From Octopus vulgaris (lineage: Eukaryota): a stretch of 64,000 nt of DNA. Each line of letters begins with the position of its first letter. The first letter of the stretch is position 1. Position numbers and translations under genes: made by a program. This document shows, piece by piece, positions 1-12,568 of the stretch. The DNA is taken from NCBI GenBank assembly GCA_951406725.2, contig OX597829.1:39432001-39496000 (forward strand), given 5' to 3'. A model generated the notes under the pieces. That model ran no database searches. It saw nothing but the letters and a program-made list of their open reading frames with translations, and was not told the origin of the DNA.

Positions 1-465
1 TATCTCTTTATATTCTCAATTCAAATCCTATTGCACTCAACTTTACCTTTCACTGGCGCCAAGCTTCGGTATTATCTTTCATCCCCTGTCAGCATTTCAT
101 AAAAGGAATTACAATTCAGGTTTATTTAATTGCGTATTTCCCCGCCCTCACCTTTGCAACATAACCAGTAAAGCATAAAAAAAAAAAATATGTTTGATCT
201 CAAGCCAATGTTAGAAATCATTATTAGAGTATGTGTAACTAAGAATGTCAATTTATTTTATTATTGGCACTTTTGTTGCAGACGTATTTACGAAAAAAAA
301 ACAAAAAAAAAAAAACATTGACTTAACAATGTGGCTCCCAGCTTCTAAAACATTGCAGTTTTACAGTACTGCTGTCAAAGAAAGTTATTGTGAGTTGTTC
401 ATGTCTTTTGGGACTTATTTACTGCTAAGTAGACCGAAACATTTAAGTGTGAAGTTCCTTGGTCA

Positions 466-702
466 ATACCTATTTCTTTACTACCCACAAGGGGCTAAAC
501 ACAGAAGGGACAAACAAGGACAGACAAACGGATTAAGTCGATTACATCGCCGCCAGTGTGTAACTGGTACTTATTTAATCGACCCCGAAAGGATGAAAGG
601 CAAAGTCGACCTCGGCGGAATTTGAACTCACAACGTAACAACAGACGAAATACAGCTACGCATTTCACCCGGCGTGCTAATGTTACTGCCAGCTCACCGT
701 CT
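466..702 (-). mobile_element. SINE-A (tRNA-like head, Meta-domain-like centre)
   Basis: Reverse complement of ggcggcgagctggcag..gagttcaaattccgccgaggtcgactttgcctttcatcctttcggggtcgat..gaaatagg; TSD cttggtcaata on both sides. Confidence 0.9.
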
Positions 703-1448
703 TGGTCAATATTGCCTTCCCGCTCAACATAATTTTGCTGACCATACTCTTTTACTCTTTTATTTGTTTCAGTCATTTTGACTGCGGCCATGCTGGAGCA
801 CCGCATGTTCATATTCATGACTGGAGTGTTGCAAGTTATTGTAACTGTTTGGTAATGAAGTACCATATTCATATTTATAGCAATGCATGTGCATGCGCAT
901 GCACACACACACACACACAGAGACACACAGACACTCTAACACACTAACAATAGCGCTGCACTGCAGTAAAACAATTTAGAAGTAACTCTTTAAATCTTAA
1001 ATTCAGATTGAGTTCATTCACTGGAACAATTTATCTGACAGCATTTTGTTCTTTGCAGCTGTGTCGGTTATGTACACTAAGTGAGTGAGGGTAATATTTC
1101 ACAGTAGTACTTGCTTGGGCAGTAACTTGATGTGATGTTGCTAATGAAATGGTCAGATTATGGAAAAATCATGTTAACTATTTCCAAAACACAAACACAC
1201 ACACACACACACACACAAAGCATTATATTCACTTCAGTTTAGTATCATTAGTATCCATATACTATTTAACTGGCATGGTTGCCTGGTAAGAAGTTTGCTT
1301 CCCAACCACATGGTTGAGGGTTCGGTCCCACTGCATGACACCTTGGGCAAGGTGTCTTCTACCGTAGCCAAAAGCTGACAAACCCTTGCGAGAGGATTTG
1401 ATAGATGGAAACCGAGAAAAGTTTGTCATATGTTTAGATATATATACA

Positions 1449-1726
1449 TATTTTTTCACGCTGAGAGTTGCTGAAGCATGGAACAAACTGCCGGCATCAG
1501 TTGTTAGTTGTCGGAGCACCGCATCCTTCAAAACTTCCATGCTTCCTGACATTCGCCAAAACTACACCTGATTTTCTCCCCTCCATACACACGCAAGCAT
1601 GTATCTGACTCATACACTGTTCGCTTCCCAGACATTACTTCCCAGTACAATACTGCATTTGCTTTATACGCACTTTTGACAAGTTGTGGTGCACCTGAGC
1701 ACTGTATACAGTAATTTCATTATTAT
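1449..1726 (+). mobile_element. 3' fragment of a second CR1/L2-type LINE
   Basis: FFTLRVAEAWNKLPASVVSCRSTASFK matches the CR1 ORF2 C-terminal motif FF..RV...WN.LP..VV......FK, followed by a 3' UTR ending cattattat. Confidence 0.75.
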
Positions 1727-1734
1727 ATCTATGT

Positions 1735-1797
1735 GTCTAGTGGTTAGGATTCCTGGCTTTTACGCAGGCGGCCCGGGTTCGATTCCTGGCATGGGAA
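1735..1797 (+). pseudogene. tRNA-Glu-derived sequence (5'-truncated, anticodon mutated) heading a SINE-D copy
   Basis: gtctagtggttaggattcctggcttttacgcaggcggcccgggttcgattcctggcatgggaa closely follows metazoan tRNA-Glu(TTC). The 5' acceptor strand is missing and the loop reads CTTTTAC. Confidence 0.8.
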
Positions 1798-2070
1798 CGC
1801 CTTTCTTCATCGCCTTACTGGCACCTGTGCCGGTGGCATGTGTAAAATATTTGAGCGAGATTGTTGCCAGTATCGCCTGACTGGCCCTGTGCCTGTGGCA
1901 CGTAAAAGCACCCACAACACTCTCAGAGTGGTTGGCGTTAGGAAGGGCATCCATCTGTAGAAACTCTGCCAGATCAAGATTGAAGTCTGTTGCAGCCATC
2001 TGGTTTGCCAGCCCTCAGTCATTCGTCTAACCCATGCTAGCATGGAAAGCGGACGTTAAACGATGATGAT
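1735..2070 (+). mobile_element. SINE-D (RTE-related, (GAT)n tail)
   Basis: ggcacgtaaaagcacc unit, gtggttggcgttaggaagggcatcc core, catgctagcatggaaagcggacgttaaacgatgatgat tail; >10 copies in window. Confidence 0.85.
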
Positions 2071-3059
2071 GTGTCTTTGTGTATATGTCTGTCCTCAATC
2101 ACTGCTAGACAAGCAGCATTGGTTTGTTTATGTCTCTGTAACTTAATGACTCTGTATAAGTGACTGATAGAGCAAGTACCAGGCATAAAAAAAAATAAGG
2201 TCTGAGCTTGATTTGTTTAACTAAAATCCTTCAAAATCCAGCATTGATGCAACGACTGAAACATTTAAAAAAAAAAAAACTATTAAAAAAAAGAGTTTCA
2301 TTACAATTTTGTAAGCTGGTCTCTGTTAAATGCAGTAAAAACTGATCCATTGACCAGGTTGCAGCAGAAGTGTGATGAAATATTGTATGGTATGTGATAA
2401 TTTTCAGAATAATATGTTTTATGTAAATGACAAAAAAAAAAAAAGAAGAAGCAAAACATCAAATATGTCTTTTGTATTCTGCTAGAAAAAAAAAAGTCTT
2501 TAAATGCCTGTTTCCAAATTGAAGCTAACTAAAAAAATCTGGGTAGATTTAACAGATGTTCATTTAATTAGTTTTATGTTAATTTTTTCCATTTGGCATT
2601 GGTTAGATGAGATTCATTGAGGCAGATTTTTCGTAGCTAACTCTTAACCTATTTTCCTTTATTTTTCTTTTCCCTTGATCGTCCACACATCAAAAGCTGA
2701 ATTCATGGGACTTTCTTGCTTTCTGAAGATTATAAAACAAATTTATTGAATGACATTCTCTCTCTTTCTCTCTCTCCCCCCTCCCCCTCTCTCATACACA
2801 TACATGCACACACAGGGGCTTCATCTCAGTTTTCATCTACCAATTTTAGTCATAAAGCATCGGTTGATCTGAGGCAAGAGTAGAAGACACTTCCTTAAAT
2901 TGTTGCAGAAGAGGACTCAACTGAACTTGCAAAACAACTGGTTGTGAATCAAATTTCATAATAGCACAACTATGCTTGCGTTCTTCCAGAACAAGCATGG
3001 GCAACCTTTCCCAAGAAGTGGGCCACAAAAGACGCTGTTCATCATCAAGCAGGCTGCAC

Positions 3060-3455
3060 TACTCTTTTACTTGTTTCAGTTATGTGACTATGGCCATGCT
3101 GGAGCACCGCCTTTAGTCGAGCAAATCGACCCCAGGACTTACTCTTTGTAAGCCTAGTACTTATTCTATCGGTCTCTTTTGCCGAACCGCTACGTTATGG
3201 GGACATAAACACACCAGCATCGGTTGTCAAGCAATGTTAGGGAGACAAACACAAATAAACACACACACACATATATATATACACATATATATGATGGGCT
3301 TCTTTCAGTTTCCGTCTACCAAATCCACTCACAAGGCTTTGGTCGGCCTGAGGCTATAGTAGAAGACACTTGCCCAAGGTGCCGCACAGTGGGACTGAAC
3401 CCGGAACCATGTGGTTCATAAGCAAGCAACTTACCACACAGCCACTCCTACGCCT
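3060..3455 (-). mobile_element. SINE-B full length (tRNA head, CORE-like segment, internal microsatellite, CR1-like tail)
   Basis: Head ggagtggctgtgtggtaag..gggttcagtccc, accttgggcaagtgtctt, tail ggcggtgctccagcatggcc..actgaaacaagtaaaagag. Confidence 0.9.
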
Positions 3456-5428
3456 ACTAAAAATATTCAAGATAATTTTTCATTAGGTGTGCCATTCAGA
3501 AAGACCTATGGGCTTTTGTTTACCCATGACTAGTCCAGAATATAGCTCAAGTAACTCCAAAGACTATTTTGGTATTGCGGAGAGTCCTGTTACAAATACT
3601 ACAGTTGTTGATATGCACTCAGCTTTCCGCTAAATGCATGGAATCTTTTCACCTGTTACATGTCTCTACTTGATTAGCCAATATCTTTAAATGTCCATCT
3701 CTCTCTCTCTCTCTCTCTGTTATTGTCTTTCCTTTTCTCAGTTCATTTCTGCTCCTGGCTTGCTTCACATTATGGAAGTCTTTTAGTGATTCTGTAATGC
3801 GGAATTCCATAACAAGAAAAAAAACATTTACCTATTACAGAATTCCACATTATAGCAGGAATTTTCAGGAATGCAAATGGAAGTTAATGTGAAAATAGGT
3901 TTTGTGCTCAGAAATTCCCTGTTGCAGTGAGATTTTGAAGAATGCAACACTTCTGCAATGCAGAGGATATATGAATTAATTATCACTATACTTCTAGCAT
4001 GTAAGAATTTTTTCTTCTTCTTAAATCGACCAGAACTCTCACTGCTGTTGGAATTGGACACTGTTATCACTGAAAGGCTGTTTTAGAATTGCTGCTATTT
4101 GTTGATTTTTTTCTTTCTTTTTTTTCTATTTGATTTAAAAAAAAAAAGTTCTAACATCTGTTGAACAGTCCTGCCAAATTTTATATTTCCAAATGATTTA
4201 ATTGGAGATTGTCTTTGCGACACAACAATTTTTCAATTGTATGTTTTTTTTTTTGTTTATTTTGTATCAGTGAGAGAAAGCATGCTAAATAATGTAAAGT
4301 AATTTCAGCTTCCGACCTTTATATAACTAGTAAGCATAAAGCTAGTTTATTTTTGTCTTTAATGCATACCTAGTGCAAAATCCGTATCTTTTAGTGATTC
4401 TTCTGTCACTATATTGGCAAGAACATTGAAGCTTATACTTTGCTGATAAGGTCTTAATAAAACTATTATCTGTTTAGAATCATTTCCCATTTTTATTAAA
4501 AATCATTTTCTTACAACATAATTAATTCTTGTTAGATATTTAATGAACTGTGCCTTAAATATTTTTAATTCTAACTTAATTAATTATAAATTTTTTTTAG
4601 TAACTATAGAGTCCAAAGAAATGAGTAATGATCTTGTGTTGGTAAGTTGTTGTTTCCAATATGTGCATAAGATCAACAATTTTGAGTTGGCAGGGAGTAA
4701 ACTGATTATGTTGACCATCAGTATTTGATTGATACTTTATTTTATTGATCCCTGAAAGATGAAAGACAAATTTAGTTTTGGTGGGATTTGAACTCAAAGT
4801 GTAGAGAGCCAGAATAAATGCTGAAAGGAAATTTTTCAAATGCTTTCCTACTTCTGCCAGCTTACTGCCTTTATGTTTGCATATAATAAATACAAAGAGT
4901 TGAAACGGTGGAATAAATATTATTTCAGTTAATCAAAAAAAAAAGAGAGGAAAAAAAAAAAAAAAAAAATTTACGAAAAATAAAATTAAAAAAATGAACA
5001 AACAAAAAAATGATTCTTTTAAAGCTTTTAAAAGCTGCTTGTCTGATTTACCAGTTAAATATCTCTGGTCAGCTGACCTGCTAAAAGTAAGAGTTACTTC
5101 ACTTAAACCCCATTACCCTGCTATCTGATTTAAACAAAGATATATTAAGCAGTGTTGTCTCTGACTGACAGTAAAAAAAAAAAAAAACAGCAGGATGGTC
5201 ACAACTAGAACACCTGTATCAGGGCTAAACAACTTCTAAGCTGTCAATTGTTATATGTAACAGGAAACACTTAAATTTATCTTTGTATGCAGCAGGACTT
5301 TTCTAGAGTAATTTTGATCTCAGCTGTTCAACTTCAACACACACTGTCAACACTGCTTTCCTTCACTAACTCTTTAATCATGTATTTTTATATATAATAG
5401 TGATTAACCCTCACTACCAGGCCAACTG

Positions 5429-5690
5429 TGGAGGCGCGTGGCTTAGTGGTTAGGGTGTCAGCACCATGATTGTAAGATTGTGGTTTCGATTCCTAGACCG
5501 GGCGACGTGTTGTGTTCTTGAGCAAAACTCTTCATTTCACGTTGCTCCAGTCCACTCAACTGGCAAAAATGACTAGCACTGCGATGGACTGGTGTCCCGT
5601 CCAGCTGGGGAACACATACGCCATAGAAACTGGGAAACCAGGTCCATGAGCCTGGCTTGGCTTTAAAAGGGCGCATTTATTTATTTATTA
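5429..5690 (+). mobile_element. SINE-C (tRNA-derived head, V-domain-like 3' part)
   Basis: A box tggcttagtgg, B box ggtttcgattcc, ttgagcaaaactcttcatttcacgttgctcc, ctgcgatggactggtgtcccgtccag, (TTTA)n end. Confidence 0.8.
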
Positions 5691-5942
5691 TTTACCAGGC
5701 CAACCCAACCCTGATTGCACAGTCTTGTGATCAGAAAGCTTCCCACTGTGATATCATGACTGTTTTGTATATTGTCCAAGTATGTTCTTCCTTCTTTCAA
5801 ATTCTTTAAAGATGGTAGTGTTCTTTTAAGTTTGGAATGAAAATTTGGCTGTTATTTCTAGCTAATACTGAAGTCACTGGCTAACAGTAACAGCTATTTC
5901 TCCTTCACAATCATTTTTCTATTAGCACATCATGGCTACTTG

Positions 5943-6108
5943 GGATACTTAAGTCTAAATTTCAATAATAAACACTTTTTTATTTTTTTTTACTTGTTAT
6001 AGCCATTGGACTGTGGCCATGTTGGGGCAATGCCTTGCAGAGTCCAGTGGCTAAAACAAGTAAAAAATAAAAAAAGTGTTTATTATTGAAATTTAGACTT
6101 AAGTATCC
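5943..6108. repeat. Long inverted repeat (hairpin)
   Basis: Arms 5943-6012 and 6041-6108 are near-perfect reverse complements; 28-nt spacer. Confidence 0.93.
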
Positions 6109-6119
6109 TCAGTTTACTA

Positions 6120-6480
6120 CTAATAATAATGATAATTTCAAGTTTTGGCATCAGGTCTACAATTTTAGGGAAAAGAGGATTAGCTGATTACAGCAATCCA
6201 ATATGTGAGTGGTATTTTATTTCTTTGAACCCAGAGAGATGGGAGGTAAAGTTGACCTTGGTGAATAATAATAATAATAATGGTTTCTAATTTAGGCACA
6301 AGACCAGCAATTTCTGAGTGGAGGGGGCCTAGATAATTACATCGACCTCAGTCCTTAACTAGTATGTTAATTTATTGGTCCCAGAGGGATGGGGAGCAAT
6401 ATTGACTTTGGATGATATTTGAAGTTAGTAATAATGATTTCTTATACTCGTCAGAAGTGGGATGGGCAGGAGGACAATGA
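6120..6480 (-). mobile_element. Chain of old SINE-A-related copies with an alternative (ATT)n tail
   Basis: Two or three degenerate copies separated by (AAT)n; central domain like SINE-A but tail cttgtgcctaaattagaaaccattattatt. Confidence 0.6.
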
Positions 6481-7414
6481 GGCAAATAGCAGAAATGGTG
6501 GGAATCTGTATTTAATTAACCATGTAAAAAAAAAAAAAAAAAAAAAAAAAGTGAAAAAGAGCAGGTGTAGTAAACTACAATAGACAAAAAGAATGAAATA
6601 CGATCTCTTAATAGGGAGTTCATATTTCACAGTCATTTCAAGCCAATCAAGGAACCCTACATACCTGGGATTATTTGGGCTACAAAGGGCTAGTGTTAGC
6701 TCAGCTGTGTTCTGCAGTTGCAGTCATATACTACTAGAATTTTTTTTTTTTTTAAACTTTTAGCCTGAGGGAAGGTTTCAGAACTCTTTACAGAGCCCTG
6801 TCTGGGTAGGATAGAAGGAAGACGGCAGCTTAAAATTGGCACCTTAAAATTAGCAATTTAAGGTGGTAGATTGGCAGAACTATAACAAAGTAACAATAAA
6901 AATAAAAATAAAAATGGATACCTCTGTTCCTACTGTACTTAGTTATGACCCTTTGTTTTAAGTTCAAACATGTTGAGTAGTAGTCCCCAGCCATTTTTGC
7001 ATCATAGACCAATTCCATGCAAGACAATTTTATTTCAATGCACTGGAGGAATCACGTGCATAACAAAACACAATAGAGTGCGTAATATATAATTTAATAA
7101 TATACACTCATATATTACATATCTTTTAATCTAAACGTCCATTTTTCATTCTGGCACGGGTCAAACGGTTTGACTGGAGCTGGTCAGGAGGACAGCTGCA
7201 CTAGGCTCTGATATGTTTTGGTATGATTTCTACAGCTGGATGATCTTCCTGATTCCAGCCACTTTACAGAGTGCACTGGATGCTTTATATGTGACACTAA
7301 CGCAGGTGCATTTCACGTGAAACCAGCTCAGGCACTTCATATGCAGAACCAACATGAGTCAATTGAAAAATTCTCCTAGGACATGACTGGCTGTAATCAG
7401 ATGAGGGGATCTCG

Positions 7415-7790
7415 TCAAAAGCTGATGATACCTGCTACTGGTACCATGTAAACCAGTATCGCCTGTTCCATGGTTGGGTGATCAGCAACCAAATCAGCTC
7501 TCCCACTTGAGTAGCATGCTATTCTTGTGAGGAGCGTGTCTGGAGCACCAAGCAGGACTAAAAACAAGACCTGCCGAAGGACGGATGAGCTCCTTGTGGG
7601 CCAACAGCCATCCAGTTGGGGAAGGCAATGACAAACTACCCCAATATCTGTCGAGAAAACACTATGAGAAAAGTCAGAATGAAGTAATGCTAAGGCTTCT
7701 TCCGATGGGAGAACTTGCACTTTATTTGGAAAGACTTCTATTGTAGGGTCATCAACATACTGTGAGAGCATATGATGACGATGATGACAT
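7415..7790 (+). mobile_element. Non-autonomous RTE-related element (low certainty)
   Basis: ggggaaggcaatgacaaactacccc resembles an RTE/BovB UTR motif; ends in (GAT)n. Confidence 0.4.
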
Positions 7791-8934
7791 GACTGGTACT
7801 TATTCCATTACTCTTGTCAGAATCAAAAGTAAAGGCGACTGCGGTAAGGTTTGAACTCAGAACATAAAGAAAGGAGGTTATTTTACTTCATAACGTTTTC
7901 ATCTGATGTTTTGTTTCTACCATTCTATCATATATTTAGATGTTGTCATTGATGATTAACCACCATAACTTTTTAAATCTAGTACATTTATGTAAATTAT
8001 ACCTTTATTGTTATGCTGACAGGATGTCATTTACAAGTGGGATTTGGTTGCTCTTTCTAGCGGGCCAAAACAATCAGAGGTTTGTTTGTTAGCTTTATGT
8101 ATTTGGTGTTATTTTAAAGGAATTGACGAAAAACAATTTTAAGTCTATTAATAATTCTCATTAAGAGACACTCCTATTTAACTATATATAGACAGTCTGA
8201 ATGGATGTGAATATTAAATATGTTGCAAGTGATACATATATATACCTCTCGGCTCTCTTTTATCATTAACCTTTATTTGCTGGGGGCACTACCTTGAAGG
8301 GTTTTAACTGAACAGATTAACCCGAGTAATTATTTTCAAATCTGGTATTTATTCTTTCCTTTTCACTGAATTGCTAAGTTATAGGGACATAAACAACTTG
8401 ACACGAAATTTTGAAAAGTTAAGTGACCCATTTCAAGCATGAGTATCTAAAAGGAAACAAAAGAATAATAAAAAAAAACACCAAAAAAACCCAAAAAAAA
8501 CAACAACAAAAAAAACAAACAAAAACATGGCAAGTAAATAGATTCTTTGTCATTTTCAATGATGAATAATAGTACAGATAGTTCAGTTTATCATTGTGTA
8601 ATTAGCTAAATATTTCATGCAAGGACACTGTGTGACCAGGCTGGCCCTTTGCTTTACAGTTACAGTTCATCTGGTGGGCTTCAACACAACTTCTTGGTTG
8701 CTTAATTTCACTACAAAGCTTAACTTGGTCTGATATCTAAAGATTTAAAAAACACTTGCCCTCTAGATATCACACAGCTTGATTGAACTTAAGATACCAT
8801 ATTTGCGAAGTGAACTTCTAAATTACTCTGCCAGTGACTACGTCGAGCTTCTCCAAAGTATTTTTCGTTTTTGTCTTATAGTAAACGACAAGTTTATTTT
8901 AATAAACTGTTCATGAATAAATAAATAAAGACCT

Positions 8935-9228
8935 ACTTCAGTCATGAATGACTATGGGGTTGTACCTTGAAAGTTCCCCTCCGAGGTACAAGTCTGGGCA
9001 AGGTTTGTTGTTTATGGGAGATCAGCAGTGGCCTTTGCATACCTACCTCCTCTCTCCAAGTCACTGATGTTATCCAAGGGAAAGACAAAGGACGATACAG
9101 CTGAGTGAACTGGAGCAATGTGAAATAAAGGGTCTTGTTCAAAAACGCAACACACAATCCGGTCTGGGAATCAAACTCACTACCTCATGATTGTGAGCCC
9201 AACGCTCTAACCACTGAACGATGAGCCT
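8935..9228 (-). mobile_element. SINE-C, tail variant b (also 15570-16150 on +)
   Basis: Same head and core; tail shared with 15975-16140 (ttcccttggataacatcagtg..cattcatgactga). Confidence 0.75.
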
Positions 9229-9244
9229 TTTCTTCTTAGTCCTT

Positions 9245-9360
9245 TTAACTTTTAGCACACTGTAGGTGCATCATGTCACTATATGAATTTTCTCCCCTGT
9301 TGTAACAGGACAGTGGCAAGAGAAACAACACTAGAGAAGATGCAGTGTGCAAAAGGTTAA
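9245..9360. mobile_element. Small TTAA-flanked MITE
   Basis: ttaacttttagcacactgta .. tgcagtgtgcaaaaggttaa inverted termini. Confidence 0.55.
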
Positions 9361-9574
9361 CCATTTTGAGATCAAACTGCCTTGGATTTCTGAGTTTTCC
9401 AGTATACAACCATTCACTTAAAAGTGTTTAAATATAAACATACTATCACAAATTTATGGTAACATATATAAATTAAGCTCAAATGTCAGCAACTTAGTAA
9501 TGGAAGAATTTTTTTCATGAAACATCTCTAAATTCTTTATTTGATAATATTAATTCCACCACATGGACAGACAG

Positions 9575-9810
9575 GTGCCACGCAGAAAGTGCCTGTACTG
9601 GTGCCACGTAAAAAGCGCCTGTGTTGGTGCCGTGTAAAAAGCACCCACTACACTCTGTAAAGTGGCTGGCGTTCGGAAGGGCATCCAGCTGTAGTTATCT
9701 TGCCAAAAGAGACAACTGGAGCCAGATGCAGCTCTCCAGCTTGCCAGCCCCTGTTAAGCTGTCCAACTCATGCCAGTATGGAAAACGGATGTTAAATGAT
9801 GATGATGATA
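9575..9810 (+). mobile_element. SINE-D, diverged
   Basis: gtggctggcgttcggaagggcatcc core, atggaaaacggatgttaaatgatgatg tail. Confidence 0.75.
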
Positions 9811-10029
9811 CACTCAGTATATGCTACTGAAGGTGCATTGCATTAAAATAATCATCTATGTGTTTTACCTAATGTATTTACACAATTGATTAACAAGACA
9901 CTGTGGCTTTTGCCTGTGATAGAAATCTCTAACAGAAGTGTTGTGTTAAAAACACAATGTATATATTGAGATAAGGAGATGAAAAATCACAACATTTGAG
10001 AACCACAATATATAAATTGTATTTATATA

Positions 10030-10541
10030 CTAGCAGTATCACCCGGCGTTGCTCGGGTTTGTAAGGGAAATAACTATATAAGCATTTTTAGTGAGTTACT
10101 TCCCTTATAGATGCCAATTCGGGCTTTCTTAGCCATTTCTGTTTTGGTGTCTTCAAGCCATGAAGTCGTTGTTCTAAAAGAACGCTGGTCTCCTTGATAA
10201 CGCATTACGACGTTGATTTCTTTACACTCCCTTCCCCACAGCTTCACGAGGGAGGGAAGGGGGAGAAGCAAACAGGTGCAGCTGTGAGCGTGGACGCCAA
10301 CTCCGCCGCCATCGACACACGATGCATTTTATGCATTAAAATGGAATAAAAAATGATGTTAAATTATTTTTAAAATCGTAGACTCATTGTTGACGCGCGC
10401 TAATAGTCAGACGGGCTCGATATGAATCACGACTATAAGATACCCGAATTTGGTTAAACTGCACCGCAAAATGTGGGAGGAGTTAGGAATCTAAATCGAA
10501 GGGGACAGACACTCACACAACTAGAGTTTTATATATATAGA
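10030..10541 (-). mobile_element. Non-autonomous Helitron
   Basis: Minus strand reads A|TCTATATATATAAAA...CCCGAGCAACGCCGGG-TGATACTG-CTAG|T: 5' TC, subterminal hairpin, CTAG, A|T target, no TSD. Confidence 0.92.
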
Positions 10542-11442
10542 TTTAACACAGTGTCTCTATGAAGAAATTTTGAACAAAATGTCCATACTACCTTGCCTGT
10601 CAATGATGCCTATACATTGAGTATGATACATAGATGGCTATTTAAATATATATGTTTATGTATGTGTAGTATGTATGCATAAGTATTTAAGTGGTGTATG
10701 TGGATCAATACTTACCAGTATGGTGTAGCACAAACAAGCAATAAATCTCACACGATTAGTGATCTTGTTGAAACAAACAAAACACTTTCAGTGGATTTGA
10801 CCTCATAATTTTGGAGCAGGTAGTCTTAATATTCTGTACACTTTACAACAGTATTTACATATGAAACATAACTTGCATATTCATCGCATGGTAATTAATA
10901 TCAATAAAGACGATCATGAGTGTCAAATATTGCTGTGAAACTTTACTTACTTTTAATTGATCCAGTAATAAAACTGAAAATTGTTATTACAGCTGTTGCT
11001 AACCCAAATTGTCTTCTATATTAATAATAAAAAAAAAAAAACAAAACAAAAACCCTTTATTCACAAGCTCATTTATAAAATTTTTTCATTTGTTTATTAT
11101 AATGGCAATCTACCATCTATGTGTTCTCTGCACTTCCTTGTACAAATAGCCCATAACAGATATGGTTACAGGACCTTTTGTTAGTATACCCATTAAACTG
11201 AACGGATTTCTCACTATCTGTTGCAGTTCAAATGTGGCAAGCTATTACTTGCTAGAACAAGAAATTATTTGTCAGGAATTTCAACTTCTTGACCCCCATT
11301 AATCAATTGTATCATTGAGCAGCCTCTGGTACAATTTGTTTTCTGTTTTGAGCAAATTCCAGTTGTTTCTGGTTTTCTGCCCCGGGATTCAATTTGTTAT
11401 AGCTTCATTAATGTACATATGGTGGGGTAAGTATGCATATAT

Positions 11443-11864
11443 ACTCTCTTTTTACTTGTTTCAGTCATTTTAACTGTGGCTATGCTGGATCACCGCCTTT
11501 TAGTCGAGCAAATCGACCCCAAGACTTATACTTTGTAAGCATAGTACTTATTCTATCGGTCTCTTTTGCCGAACCGCTAAGTTACGGGGACGTAAAGACA
11601 CCAGCATCGGTTGTCAAGTGATGTTGGTGGGGGGGGGGAGGGGACAAAGACAAACACACACACATGTATATATGTATATACATATACATATATACGTCGG
11701 GCTCCTTTCAGTTTCCGTCTATCAAATCCACTCACAAAGTTTTGGTAGGCCTGAGGGTTAGGGTTAGGTAGAAGACACTTGCCCAAGGTGCCACACAGTG
11801 GGACTGAACCCGGAACCATGTGATTGGTAAGCAAGCTACTTACCACACAGCCACTCCTGTGCCT
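11443..11864 (-). mobile_element. SINE-B full length
   Basis: Colinear with 3060-3455. Confidence 0.9.
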
Positions 11865-12189
11865 ATGCATGTATATCTGTCCCCCCCTTTTTTTAAAAAA
11901 TTATAATTTAATGTTTGTTATTTTTGCATCTAATCCAATAAATAAATCATTCTACTTATTGATGCCATAAAAGTGTCAGTTGTGTTCCGTTGAAAATTGT
12001 AAAAGATGATTTCATGATGAATTTCAAATTAATATGATAAATACCTGAAAAAGGAAAACAAACTGAGAGACATCCGGTTCCAAGTTCATAATAAATGCTT
12101 TCTAAATGAGAGAAGTTTCTTCATTGGTCAGTAATTTAGAGTTTAAGGTCATCTCTATAGATTTTCTAGAGAAATTATAGCCAGCACTG

Positions 12190-12442
12190 ATTTCGAGTGA
12201 GGTCGTCACCAGTGCCGCTGGACTGGCTCCTGTGCGGGTGGCACGTAAAAAGCACCATTTGGGCGTGGCCGTTGCCAGTACCACCAAACTGGCCCTCATG
12301 CCGGTGGCACGTAAAAAGCACCCACTACACTCTCAGAGTGGTTGGCGTTAGGAAGGGCATCCAGCTGTAGAAACTCTGCCAGATCAGATTGGAGTCTGGT
12401 TCATGAGACCTCATGGAAAGCGGACGTTAAATGATGATGATG
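12190..12442 (+). mobile_element. SINE-D
   Basis: Same core and tail as 1735-2070; two internal repeat units. Confidence 0.85.
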
Positions 12443-12568
12443 TTTCATATCCAAGACACCTGATGTAAACAACAAAATCAATGCTGGATATAATTTCTGT
12501 AGAAAATCTGAAGAGATAATATTATCAAGTGATATAAGAGCACTGCTAACACAGTAGAGCATGGTGTT

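Larger units (their letters stand above)
1268..2270 (+). mobile_element. Old SINE-B split by nested CR1 and SINE-D insertions
   Basis: 5' half ~1268-1448; 3' half resumes ~2071-2270. Confidence 0.75.

Noticed and set aside
245-926. Recurring ORFs with IDPERMKGKVDLGGI / EFKFRRGRLCLSSFRGR
   Set aside because: Translations of SINE-A; such peptides often pollute automated annotations.
1735-1797. Functional tRNA gene
   Set aside because: 5' acceptor strand absent, anticodon arm mutated, fused to a repeat.
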